64,000 nucleotides of DNA from Gammaproteobacteria bacterium (lineage in GTDB: Bacteria > Pseudomonadota > Gammaproteobacteria > Burkholderiales > JAHFRG01), in NCBI GenBank assembly GCA_041495205.1, contig JBGQCF010000003.1, positions 57,960-121,959 on the forward strand, in the 5' to 3' direction. A model generated the notes under the pieces. That model had not been told where the DNA came from and made no database searches. It saw only the letters and a list, made by a program, of their open reading frames with translations. Position 1 is the stretch's first letter, and every line of letters begins with the position of its first letter. The position numbers and the translations under genes were made by a program. Below are positions 17,954-27,243 of the stretch, one piece after another.

Positions 17954-18565
17954 ATGGAAAAAATCACCGGCGTGGTTCTGGCGGGCGGCCGGGGCCGGCG
18001 CATGGGCGGGGTGGACAAGGGATTGACTTTGCTGCAAGGCAGGCCTTTTATCGAATGGGTGTTAGCCCGCTTCAGCCCGCAAGTGGATGAAGTGCTGATT
18101 AACGCCAACCAGAATCTCGAACAATACGCGCGCTTCGGTTACCGCGTCATTCCGGACGAAATCGGCAGTTTTGCCGGCCCCCTCGCCGGATTACACCGCG
18201 GACTTGCGGAGGCACAGCATGAACTTGTTGCTACCGTGCCCTGCGATTCGCCGTTTCTTCCTGAAGACCTGGTAGAGCGTCTGCATAAGGGACTCACTGC
18301 AGCAAAAGCGCAGCTTGCAGTAGCCAAAACTTTTACTCAAGCGCATCCTGTGTTTTGCCTGTGCCGGCGCGATGTGCTCGATCATTTGAGCGAGTTTCTC
18401 AATTCCGGCGGGCGCAAGATAGACGCCTGGTATGCGACTCTCAAGGTGGTGGAAGTGCCATTCGATGCCCAGGCCGAGGCGTTCAGCAACATCAACACGC
18501 GTGAGGAGCTAAGCGAGTTTGAAGCGGACGCCCAGCCCTCCAGTGCCGCGAAGAAAACTACCTGA
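17954..18565 (+). CDS. mobA: Molybdenum cofactor guanylyltransferase MobA
   Basis: GVVLAGGRGRRMGGVDKGL N-terminal motif, PCDSPF. 8 nt after fdhD. Confidence 0.93.
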   Translation: MEKITGVVLAGGRGRRMGGVDKGLTLLQGRPFIEWVLARFSPQVDEVLINANQNLEQYARFGYRVIPDEIGSFAGPLAGLHRGLAEAQHELVATVPCDSPFLPEDLVERLHKGLTAAKAQLAVAKTFTQAHPVFCLCRRDVLDHLSEFLNSGGRKIDAWYATLKVVEVPFDAQAEAFSNINTREELSEFEADAQPSSAAKKTT

Positions 18566-18573
18566 ACTAATGA

Positions 18574-19044
18574 CTACTTCAGCCTCTTGCACAAACGCGG
18601 CCACCACCAGTGATCCACGCTGAGTTTCCCTGGCCCGCTGAAGACCAAAGGTAGCAACAGGATGAGGTAAATAAGCGGCAGCTTGAAACCGTTTTGACAT
18701 ACGTTGTAGCCATGGCCCGCATGCACGCTAACCCAGGCAACCACGGTGAGAATGACCAGAGAGACGCTGAAAAAGCGTGTACCAAGCCCCACCACCAGCG
18801 CCACTGCGCCGAGCAGTTCGCACCAGGTAGAAAGCGCCCAGCTCACTTCCACTGGAACGAGATTAAACGGAAAAGGGAATTTGTCCTGAATATCGGTAAA
18901 CCAATTCTCCCCATTGAATTTCTCCACGCCCGATTCCCAGAATTCGTAGGCGAGCAGCAATCTCAATCCCAACTGCGGCAGGAATTCACCAACCCGGTTC
19001 GCGTAACTCAGCAAATTGTCGAGCAAATTTAACGCTTGTTTCAT
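18574..19044 (-). CDS. DoxX-family membrane protein
   Basis: 156 aa with four predicted TM segments. LLLAYEFWESGVEKF and ELLGAVALVVGLGTR are typical of DoxX. Confidence 0.8.
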   Translation of the reverse strand: MKQALNLLDNLLSYANRVGEFLPQLGLRLLLAYEFWESGVEKFNGENWFTDIQDKFPFPFNLVPVEVSWALSTWCELLGAVALVVGLGTRFFSVSLVILTVVAWVSVHAGHGYNVCQNGFKLPLIYLILLLPLVFSGPGKLSVDHWWWPRLCKRLK

Positions 19045-19150
19045 CGAGACTCCTTATCCCACTCTGACGAGTGGACATGAATGAAACGGTTTATTGGTCG
19101 TAAAAGGCGGGTAATACTTATGGGTTCATTTGCAGACGGACTCCATCAGT

Positions 19151-19924
19151 TCAGCGCATCATACGTAGCGCAGGATCCTGACGGTAAAATCGGCTGAGCT
19201 GCCGGTACACTTCGCTGTAAGAGCGCTTGAGTACTTGAGGAGTTTCAAAGAAAACTTCGCTCAATACCGCAAAGAATTCCGCCGGGCTCTCCGCCGCGTA
19301 AGGATCGACCGCCGTTCCCTCTCCCCTGTCAACCCGGACGCAGAAATCCTGGTAGGCCGCAGAGAAATCCCGCATCCAGGCTTCGCGGCTCATGTCTTCA
19401 TGCAGAGGCGGGAAACCGTTGGGTTCGCCATTCAGCATATCGAGCTTGTGCGCGAATTCATGAATCACCACATTGACACCTTGATTATTCTGCGATTCGG
19501 CAGCGGCTTCCCAAGACAAAATCACCGGGCCCTGCAGCCAGGCTTCCCCTTGCATGGCTTCACGCGTAACATGCACCACGCCGTCTTCATCAGTGTATTC
19601 GTGACGCGGCATAAAATCGCCGGGATAAACGATGACTTCAACCCAGCCCCGATAGTAATCCAGGCCCAGGTTGAGGATCAGCAAGCAGGCTTGGGCGGCA
19701 ATCACCGTGCGCATTTCATCCGTTAATTGCAATCCCGCCGCGCCGCTGATTTGTTTGCAGCCGAGGAAGTGTTGCGTCATGTCGCGCAGGCGCCCTTGCT
19801 CACCGGGAGTGAGTGCGCGCAGGAAAGCAAAACGCGAAACAACATTCCGCCACAACGCTTCATCCAATACGGCGCGGCTTGAAGTACGCCGCCTGCGCCA
19901 AGCCTTGAGTCCCCACACGCTCAA
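19151..19924 (-). CDS. mtfA: MtfA-like zinc metallopeptidase (M90)
   Basis: HEFAHKLD zinc motif and AEFFAVLSEVFF. ATGA overlap with rmuC. Confidence 0.85.
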   Translation of the reverse strand: MSVWGLKAWRRRRTSSRAVLDEALWRNVVSRFAFLRALTPGEQGRLRDMTQHFLGCKQISGAAGLQLTDEMRTVIAAQACLLILNLGLDYYRGWVEVIVYPGDFMPRHEYTDEDGVVHVTREAMQGEAWLQGPVILSWEAAAESQNNQGVNVVIHEFAHKLDMLNGEPNGFPPLHEDMSREAWMRDFSAAYQDFCVRVDRGEGTAVDPYAAESPAEFFAVLSEVFFETPQVLKRSYSEVYRQLSRFYRQDPALRMMR

Positions 19925-21042
19925 CCCGACTCTTCGCGTCCCTGCTTCACGTCCAGCATGGCGGCCGGCTCGCTCTGCTCCAGTTCCACACCTTCGATGC
20001 GCTTGAATTTATCGCTGATTTTCCTGCTGGTAGTGTGCACTTCCTGAGCGTCTTCATGGGCCTGGCGGATATGGTTGGCGAGATTTTTCATGCGCAGATC
20101 AAAACGTTCAAAATCTATGCCCAATTTGGCCAGCGCTTCCTTGATAACGTTCATGTGCTTGCGCATTTCCACATCTTTCAATACTGCCCGGGCAGTGTTC
20201 AGCACCGCCATCAGCGTGGTCGGTGAAACGATCCACACCCGCTGTTTCATCGCGTAATCCACGATGTCGAAGTGGTAAGCATGGATTTCAGCAAACACCG
20301 CTTCCGCCGGCACAAACATCACCGCGCCGTCCGAAGTCTCATTGGAAATGATATATTTCTGGCTGATGTCATCCACGTGTTTTTTGACGTCCGCCTTGAA
20401 CTGGCGCTGCGCCTGGGCACGTTCGATTTCGCTGACATCCGGCGCGAACATGCGGTGATAGTTTTCCAGAGGGAATTTGGAATCCACCGCGACCATGCCG
20501 GTGGGCTCGGGAAGCCGCAGCACACAATCCGCGCGGCTGCCGTTGCTTAAGGTGTATTGCATGGCATAAGCAGAGGGCGGCAGGATATTTCTCACCAGCG
20601 CTTCCAACTGCACTTCGCCAAAAGCGCCGCGCGAGCGTTTGTCGCCCAGCAATTCCTGCAGGCTCACCACGTTGCTGGTAAGGCCGTCTATTTTCTTTTG
20701 CGCCTCATCTATGGTGGCAAGCCGCGCCATCACATTAGTGAAGGTTTCGTTGGTCTTTTTGAATCCTTCGTCGAGGCGCTCGCTCACTTTCCCGCTGATT
20801 TGCTGCAAACGTTCATCCACAGTGGCGCGCAGCCGCTCGGAGTTTTGCGTGAGCTTTTCATCAAGGCGGTCGCCCTGGCGGGTCAGGCCCTCGTGCAAAT
20901 CTTTGAGCATGGCGCGGTGCTTGTCTTCCATCAACCGCTCCAGCTCGCTTGACAGATTTTGCCGAGTGAGCAGCCTGAAGCCTATCCAGAAAACAACACC
21001 CAGAATAAGCATCGCAACAACACCCAACAGGATTTCGTTCAT
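19921..21042 (-). CDS. rmuC: DNA recombination protein RmuC
   Basis: N-terminal TM helix, a long coiled-coil, then the conserved C-terminal nuclease-like region (VAVDSKFPLENY, MFVPAEAVF). Confidence 0.88.
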   Translation of the reverse strand: MNEILLGVVAMLILGVVFWIGFRLLTRQNLSSELERLMEDKHRAMLKDLHEGLTRQGDRLDEKLTQNSERLRATVDERLQQISGKVSERLDEGFKKTNETFTNVMARLATIDEAQKKIDGLTSNVVSLQELLGDKRSRGAFGEVQLEALVRNILPPSAYAMQYTLSNGSRADCVLRLPEPTGMVAVDSKFPLENYHRMFAPDVSEIERAQAQRQFKADVKKHVDDISQKYIISNETSDGAVMFVPAEAVFAEIHAYHFDIVDYAMKQRVWIVSPTTLMAVLNTARAVLKDVEMRKHMNVIKEALAKLGIDFERFDLRMKNLANHIRQAHEDAQEVHTTSRKISDKFKRIEGVELEQSEPAAMLDVKQGREESG

Positions 21043-21087
21043 AAATTCTCCGTAAGCCTGAATCAGTATAGCGCATCCAGACCGGCT

Positions 21088-23574
21088 CTATCCGAAGCTG
21101 CGCAGGCTTTGCAGCGGCGGGCGGTTGAGCGTAGCTCGCATCTGCGGCAAGCTTGCGAGTGTCACCCCGGTAGCGCCGCCCGCTAAACCCATTATCCACA
21201 GCCAGGGATTCAGGACATACGCGACATTCAATACATTGGAGGCCAGAACATAACCCAGAGCACTTGCGCCAGTCGCAGCAAGCAGCCCCGCCAAAGATCC
21301 AATCGCGACAAACTCGGAAAGCTGGGCGCGCATGATTTGCCCTCTGCTTGCACCGAGCGTACGCAACATTACCGCTTCCAGCATGCGCTCATCCTGTGCT
21401 GCGACGATAGCCGCATAAAGCACCATCAATCCGGCGAGCAGGCTGAACATGAAAACGAATTCAACCGCCTGCACCACTTTGTCCATGATTTTTTGCACCT
21501 GTGAAATGATCGCCGCCACGTCTATCACCAGGAAATTCGGAAACGCCTTGACGAGATCGTTGACCACCGCTGAGCGGTCCGCCGGCAAGTGAAAGCTGGT
21601 GATATAGCTCACCGGATAATTCTCCAGCACACCGGGCGGCGCGATGACAAAGAAATTCACCCTGAAACTATCCCAGTCCACTTTGCGCAAGCTCGTGACT
21701 TGCCCGCTCAACACAGCACCGGCGATATCATAGGTTAGCGTAGCGCCAAGCCGGATGCCCAGAGTTTCGGCGAGCCCCTGTTCCACCGAGAACATCGCTT
21801 TGCCTGTTTCCTTCTCACGCCACCAGCGGCCTGCAACAATCTGGTTGTCGGCTTGCATCTCGCGCGCCCAGGACAAATTGAACTCGCGCTCAATCAAGCG
21901 TTTTGCGCGCTGCTCGGAATAATCCGAGGAAGACACGGTTTTGCCGTTGATGGCGGTCAGCCTGCCGCGCACCATTGGGAAAATGCGCGGCTGGTCCAGG
22001 CCGTGGGCGGCGAAAAATTCATGCAGCGTCTGTAACTGATCCTGCTGGATATTCACCAGGAAGCGGTTTGGCGCGGCGGGCGGCAAGCTGCTTCTCCAGC
22101 TTTGCAGCAAGTCGCTGCGCACCAATGTGAGCAAAAGCAGCGCCATCATTCCCGCGCTTAAGCACACCACCTGCGCCACGCTGCCTGACGAGCGGCGCCG
22201 TGCGCTGGCCAGCCCAAAGCGCCACGTTACCCCTACACCGCTATGCAAATGTCCCAGCAGTTTCAGGAGCACCAGCGCCATGCATGCAAACAGCACAACG
22301 CCTGCGATCAGCCCGCCCAACACATACAGGCCCAGCTTCAAATCATTCGCCTGCCACAGCAGCATCGCCGCGATTACTGAAAAACCCAGAATATATCCGG
22401 CGCCGCCCATACCTTTGGGGATTCCCAGTTCGCGCCGCAATACCCGCAAAGTCGGCACTTGGCTTAAGCGCATGAGCGGTGGGAGAGCAAACCCCAGAAG
22501 CAGCAGCAGTCCGCATGCAAAGCCATGGGTTGCCGGCAACAGGTTTGGGAAAGGCAGTTCCCTTGCAGCCAAAACACTCAACCAACGCGCAAGAAATTCT
22601 TGAGCCAATAGGCCGAATAGGCAGCCCAGCAAGCTTGCCGCCATACCCAACAGCAGGAAATGATAAAAATACAGCCGCAACATCGCGCTTTGGCTTGAGC
22701 CCAGACAGCGCATCATGGCGCAGCCATCTAAATGCCGCTGCACGAAACGCTGTGCCGCCAGCGCCACCGCCACCGCCGCCAGCACCACGCTCATCAGCGC
22801 CGCCAGGCCCAGATATTTCTGCGCGCGTTCCAGTGCTGCTTTGATTTCCGGACGCGCATCCTGTATGCCCTCCAGGCGCTCGCCCAAAGCCAGGCGGGAT
22901 TGCGCCCAGGCGCGGAAGTCAGCGATCGTTTCAGGCTCGCCTGCAAACAGCAAATGGTAAGTGATGCGGCTGCCGGTCTGGATCAAACCGGTTGCTGCGA
23001 CATCACTGAGATTCATGAGCAGGCGCGGCGCTATGTTGAAAAAGCCGATCGAGTAATCCGGTTCTTCGGTAATTACCGCAGATATTCGAAAGCGCGCATT
23101 GCCTAGCTCAATTGGATCGTCTACTTTAAATCCAAGCCGGCTCGCAAAGCGCAGGTCCACCCACACCGATCCTGGCTCAGGAAGCGCGGCGATTTTCGAC
23201 GTACCGCTTTGCGCAGCCACCCGCAATTCCCCGCGCAAAGGATAACCTTCGGCGGCGGCCTTGATTTCGGTGAGCTGCCCTGTATCGGCATGCAACACCA
23301 TGCTTGGAAATTTGAGCGTGCGCGTAACACGCAAACCGCGCTGCTTTGCTTGTTCTTCGAAATCCTTTTGGATCGGGCGGTCCGAAGCCAGAACCAAATC
23401 CGCCCCGAGCAGCAGATTGGCCTCATCGCTTAATGCCCGTTGCACCCGGTCGGCAAAAAAACCGACCGTGGTCACGCTGGCCACCGCAACCACCAGGGCT
23501 GCCGCCAGCACCCGCAATTCGCCTGAGCGCCAATCCCGGCTCAACATGCGCAGTGAGAGCGTAAATAGTTTCAT
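21088..23574 (-). CDS. ybbP: FtsX-like ABC transporter permease (YbbP family)
   Basis: 828 aa with duplicated FtsX-type permease halves. 4-nt overlap with the ATPase gene. Confidence 0.85.
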   Translation of the reverse strand: MKLFTLSLRMLSRDWRSGELRVLAAALVVAVASVTTVGFFADRVQRALSDEANLLLGADLVLASDRPIQKDFEEQAKQRGLRVTRTLKFPSMVLHADTGQLTEIKAAAEGYPLRGELRVAAQSGTSKIAALPEPGSVWVDLRFASRLGFKVDDPIELGNARFRISAVITEEPDYSIGFFNIAPRLLMNLSDVAATGLIQTGSRITYHLLFAGEPETIADFRAWAQSRLALGERLEGIQDARPEIKAALERAQKYLGLAALMSVVLAAVAVALAAQRFVQRHLDGCAMMRCLGSSQSAMLRLYFYHFLLLGMAASLLGCLFGLLAQEFLARWLSVLAARELPFPNLLPATHGFACGLLLLLGFALPPLMRLSQVPTLRVLRRELGIPKGMGGAGYILGFSVIAAMLLWQANDLKLGLYVLGGLIAGVVLFACMALVLLKLLGHLHSGVGVTWRFGLASARRRSSGSVAQVVCLSAGMMALLLLTLVRSDLLQSWRSSLPPAAPNRFLVNIQQDQLQTLHEFFAAHGLDQPRIFPMVRGRLTAINGKTVSSSDYSEQRAKRLIEREFNLSWAREMQADNQIVAGRWWREKETGKAMFSVEQGLAETLGIRLGATLTYDIAGAVLSGQVTSLRKVDWDSFRVNFFVIAPPGVLENYPVSYITSFHLPADRSAVVNDLVKAFPNFLVIDVAAIISQVQKIMDKVVQAVEFVFMFSLLAGLMVLYAAIVAAQDERMLEAVMLRTLGASRGQIMRAQLSEFVAIGSLAGLLAATGASALGYVLASNVLNVAYVLNPWLWIMGLAGGATGVTLASLPQMRATLNRPPLQSLRSFG

Positions 23575-24254
23575 TCGCTGAGCACCCCGGCAGTGAGATG
23601 AAGCAGCCTCCCGCAGCGCTTGGACAGCGCTTCATCGTGAGTCACCATCAACAAAGTCGTACCCTGCTCCTGGTTCAGTTCAAATATCAGCTCTATGATT
23701 TGCGCGCCGGTTGCGCTGTCGAGATTACCGGTCGGTTCGTCCGCCAAAAGCAGCTTCGGCTTCCTGGCAAAGGCGCGGGCAATCGCCACGCGCTGCTGCT
23801 CGCCGCCTGAAAGTTGCTTTGGATAATGGTGCATCCGTTCTCCCAGACCAACGCGCTGAAGGATATGTGCCGCTTGCTTGCGCGCATCTGGGTCGCCGGC
23901 AAGCTCAAGCGGCAGCATCGCGTTTTCCAGCGCAGTGAGCGCGGGCAGAAGCTGAAATGACTGAAACACGAAACCCACTACACCCGCACGCAATGCAGCA
24001 CGGCCGTCTTCGTCGAGCGCGAACACATCAACGCCGTTCAACTTGACTGTGCCTGAACTCGGCGTATCGAGACCCGCCAGCAACCCCAGCAAGGTGGATT
24101 TGCCTGAGCCTGACGCGCCCAGAATCGCCACCGCTTCGCAAGGCAGAACCGTGAAACTCACGTCTTGCAGGATGGTCAGATAGGCTGCGCCGTTATGCAC
24201 TTGCTTGGTAAGCTCCACTGCCTGCACAATGGGCTGTATGCGATTTTCATTCAT
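23571..24254 (-). CDS. ybbA: ABC transporter ATP-binding protein (YbbA family)
   Basis: Walker A GASGSGKST, signature LSGGEQQR, Walker B LLLADEPT. The start at MNENRIQP aligns with typical YbbA N-termini. The longer ORF start lacks an SD and adds an atypical extension. Confidence 0.88.
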   Translation of the reverse strand: MNENRIQPIVQAVELTKQVHNGAAYLTILQDVSFTVLPCEAVAILGASGSGKSTLLGLLAGLDTPSSGTVKLNGVDVFALDEDGRAALRAGVVGFVFQSFQLLPALTALENAMLPLELAGDPDARKQAAHILQRVGLGERMHHYPKQLSGGEQQRVAIARAFARKPKLLLADEPTGNLDSATGAQIIELIFELNQEQGTTLLMVTHDEALSKRCGRLLHLTAGVLSE

Positions 24255-24858
24255 GCTCAAACGCGTCCTTGTTGTTTTCTGTCTATGCCTGCCGCTTTGC
24301 GCCGGCGCCGCGCCGCTCATCATGGTGTTTGGCGACAGCCTGTCTTCAGCTTATGGCTTGCCGCAAGAGGCCGGCTGGGTCAGCCTGCTCAAAAAACGCT
24401 TGCAACAAGAGCAGCTGGATTATCAGGTGATCAATACCAGCGTCACCGGAGAAACCACGCGCGGCGGCTTGAGCCGCATCGCGCAGAGCCTTGCAACGCA
24501 TCATCCGGCCATCGTCATTCTCGAATTAGGCGGCAACGATGGCTTGCGCGGGCAACCCGTCGAAGCCACGCGCGACAACCTGGAGGGCATCATCAAAGCC
24601 TGCCAACTGCATGGCGCCAAGGTGTTGCTCGTCGGCATGCGCCTGCCCCCTAATTACGGCACAGCCTATACCCAAAAGTTTCACAGCATTTATCCTGAAC
24701 TGGCAAAGCGCTACCGGCTTCCCCTGATGCCTTACATGCTCGAGGGTTTTGGCTATGACCCGGCGATGTTTCAGCCTGACCGTATACATCCGGCCGCCGC
24801 GGCACAACCCATTATTCTCGATAATATCTGGAAAACCCTCAAACCCCTTCTGGGCTGA
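24253..24858 (+). CDS. tesA: SGNH/GDSL arylesterase-thioesterase (TesA-like), secreted
   Basis: Signal peptide MLKRVLVVFCLCLPLCAGA, then the FGDSLSSAYG catalytic Ser block, GGNDGLR, and the DRIHP block. The exact start is uncertain (24205/24238/24253). Confidence 0.85.
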   Translation: MLKRVLVVFCLCLPLCAGAAPLIMVFGDSLSSAYGLPQEAGWVSLLKKRLQQEQLDYQVINTSVTGETTRGGLSRIAQSLATHHPAIVILELGGNDGLRGQPVEATRDNLEGIIKACQLHGAKVLLVGMRLPPNYGTAYTQKFHSIYPELAKRYRLPLMPYMLEGFGYDPAMFQPDRIHPAAAAQPIILDNIWKTLKPLLG

Positions 24859-24889
24859 AATCATTGTTCAAAATATGCTATATTCCTGA

Positions 24890-25096
24890 ATGTCACATGC
24901 CGCTGGTAATGAGAAAACTATGGGAAACGAAAAATCCAAACTGCCGACTTATGAGGTGGAGTTTATTCCAGTTGAAAGAAGGCTGGTGGAGGGAAGACGC
25001 AAATCCTCAGGCAAGGCGCGGCAGCGCATAGGTATCGAGCAGCGCCGCAAACCCGGCCGCAGGGACTCCGAAGCCGGGCATAAACCCAGGAAATAG
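24890..25096 (+). CDS. Hypothetical small, highly basic protein
   Basis: 68-aa ORF (or 58 aa from the second ATG) rich in R/K (VERRLVEGRRKSSGKARQR...). An extended -10 (TGcTATATT, 24876-24884) sits just upstream. No family recognised. Coding status uncertain. Confidence 0.3.
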   Translation: MSHAAGNEKTMGNEKSKLPTYEVEFIPVERRLVEGRRKSSGKARQRIGIEQRRKPGRRDSEAGHKPRK

Positions 25097-25102
25097 AGCA
25101 AG

Positions 25103-26164
25103 TCACTCAACCAGCCTGACCTGTGCATCTCCCGCTGTCATGTTGCCTATCCTGGCTGCGTAATTGAAACCCTGGTGTCTAAAAACTTCCAGTACCTGCG
25201 GCGTCGCGTCCTCACTGCAGGCCACCAGCAAACCACCGCTGGTTTGCGGATCGCATAACAGTTTCTTCTGCCACTCCGGCATCGCTTGAGGCAACACCAC
25301 TTGCTTGCCGTAGCCCGCCCAGTTGCGCTCGATCGCGCCGGGACCGACACCCTGCTTTGCCAAATCCAACGCTGCGGGAAGAATGGGCAACGCATCAAAG
25401 TGGATTTCCGCGCCCACTCTGGAACCGCGGCAAATCTCCAGTAAATGCCCGAGCAAACCGTATCCCGTAACATCGGTGAGCGCATGCACGCCAGCCATGT
25501 CGGCAAGCACCGGGCCCGCGGTATTAAGCTGCGTGGCGCTCTCCAGCATTTGCCGGTAACCCTGTTGCGACAATTTGCCTTTTTTCAGCGCCGCGCTCAT
25601 GATGCCAATCCCCAGCGCTTTACCGATAACCAGCGCATCCCCTGCGCGTGCAGTGTCGTTGCGCTTTACTTTGTCGGGGTGGACCAGACCCAGGCCCACC
25701 AGACCGTAAATAGGCTCTGGCGAGTCAATGGAATGACCTCCCGCTATGGGAATCCCCGCTTGCGTGCAAACCGCTTCACCGCCAGCCAAGATGCGCTGAA
25801 TCACCGCCACAGGGAGCTTGCCGATCGGCATGCCGACGATAGCAAGCGCCAGAATCGGACGTCCGCCCATCGCGTAAATGTCGGAGAGCGCATTGGCGGC
25901 GGCGATGCGGCCGAAATCATAAGGGTCATCCACTATCGGCATGAAAAAATCGGTGGTCGCGATCAGCGCCTGCGTTTCATTCAACCGGTAAACCGCAGCA
26001 TCATCGCTCGATTCGGTGCCGACCAGCAGATCAGGCCAGGTTTTGCCGATTGCCGATTGTGACAGGATTTCGCTTAACAGCGCCGGCGCGATTTTGCATC
26101 CGCAGCCGCCGCCATGCGAAAATGCAGTCAACTTGATATCACCAATTTCAGCCAATTGGTTCAT
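25103..26164 (-). CDS. selD: Selenide, water dikinase SelD (Cys-type)
   Basis: LTAFSHGGGCGCKIAP N-terminal active-site loop and AIR-synthase-like fold motifs (DDAAVY, TTDFF). Confidence 0.93.
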   Translation of the reverse strand: MNQLAEIGDIKLTAFSHGGGCGCKIAPALLSEILSQSAIGKTWPDLLVGTESSDDAAVYRLNETQALIATTDFFMPIVDDPYDFGRIAAANALSDIYAMGGRPILALAIVGMPIGKLPVAVIQRILAGGEAVCTQAGIPIAGGHSIDSPEPIYGLVGLGLVHPDKVKRNDTARAGDALVIGKALGIGIMSAALKKGKLSQQGYRQMLESATQLNTAGPVLADMAGVHALTDVTGYGLLGHLLEICRGSRVGAEIHFDALPILPAALDLAKQGVGPGAIERNWAGYGKQVVLPQAMPEWQKKLLCDPQTSGGLLVACSEDATPQVLEVFRHQGFNYAARIGNMTAGDAQVRLVE

Positions 26165-26169
26165 TTAAG

Positions 26170-27243
26170 ATGCTTCCTTTGCAATCTCGCGATGGAATAA
26201 ACGTAACACAGTTGCGCGACTTTGACGAGTTGATTGACGTGCGTACTCCCGAGGAGTTCAGCGAAGATCACATCCCGGGCGCCATCAACTGCCCGGTGCT
26301 TGACGATGCCGAAAGAAAACAGATCGGCACAATATATAAACAAGTCTCCAGCTTCGAAGCGAAAAAAATCGGCGCAGCCTTAGTGGCGCGCAATATCGCA
26401 CATCATATTGAAAAGATTTTTATCACACGGCAAAAAGACTGGCGGCCCCTGGTGTATTGCTGGCGCGGTGGAAACCGCAGCGCGGCGATGGTGCATGTTC
26501 TCGAACAAGTCGGCTGGCATGCCGGAAGGCTGCAAGGGGGCTACAAATCTTATCGCGCGGCAGTAATTGAGGGTTTGTTGAAGTTGCCCGGACAATTCCA
26601 GTTTCGCGTCATCTGCGGCCCAACCGGCTCAGGCAAAAGCCGGCTGATACAGGCGCTTGACCTGCTTGGCGTGCAAGTGCTGGACCTGGAGCGGCTTGCC
26701 GCGCACCGCGGCTCGGTGCTCGGCGGCCTGCCCGATGAGCCGCAGCCCACGCAAAAAATGTTTGAAAGCCTGATTTGGTCGAAGTTGCAGCGTTTCGATC
26801 CCAAAGAACGGGTTTATGTCGAATCCGAGAGCAAGAAAATCGGTAACGTAAGGGTGCCGGACGTATTGCTCGATGCGATGTGGCGCGGACATTGCATCCG
26901 CATCGAAGCCGACGCAAGCTTGCGCGCGAAGTTACTCAAAGAGGAATACCAGCATTTCCTGCGCGATCCCGAAACACTAATGCAGAAACTGGAATTTTTG
27001 ACTACACGTTTTGGCCACGAATTAATCACCCGCTGGAAAGGCTATGTGGCCGACCGGCAATGGGACGCTTTGGTAATGGAGTTGCTGGAGCGGCATTACG
27101 ACCCGGCTTACAGGAAATCAACCCTTAAACATTATCCTCAGTATCAGGATGCGGCGATTTTACATGTCAATACAACGGGCGATGCCGAAATACAGCGCCT
27201 TGCGCAAACCATTATTTCAGGGAACAAACAAAAATCAAAATGA
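26170..27243 (+). CDS. selU: tRNA 2-selenouridine synthase (SelU/MnmH/YbbB)
   Basis: Rhodanese domain with CWRGGNRS active-site loop, followed by P-loop GPTGSGKS. Confidence 0.92.
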   Translation: MLPLQSRDGINVTQLRDFDELIDVRTPEEFSEDHIPGAINCPVLDDAERKQIGTIYKQVSSFEAKKIGAALVARNIAHHIEKIFITRQKDWRPLVYCWRGGNRSAAMVHVLEQVGWHAGRLQGGYKSYRAAVIEGLLKLPGQFQFRVICGPTGSGKSRLIQALDLLGVQVLDLERLAAHRGSVLGGLPDEPQPTQKMFESLIWSKLQRFDPKERVYVESESKKIGNVRVPDVLLDAMWRGHCIRIEADASLRAKLLKEEYQHFLRDPETLMQKLEFLTTRFGHELITRWKGYVADRQWDALVMELLERHYDPAYRKSTLKHYPQYQDAAILHVNTTGDAEIQRLAQTIISGNKQKSK

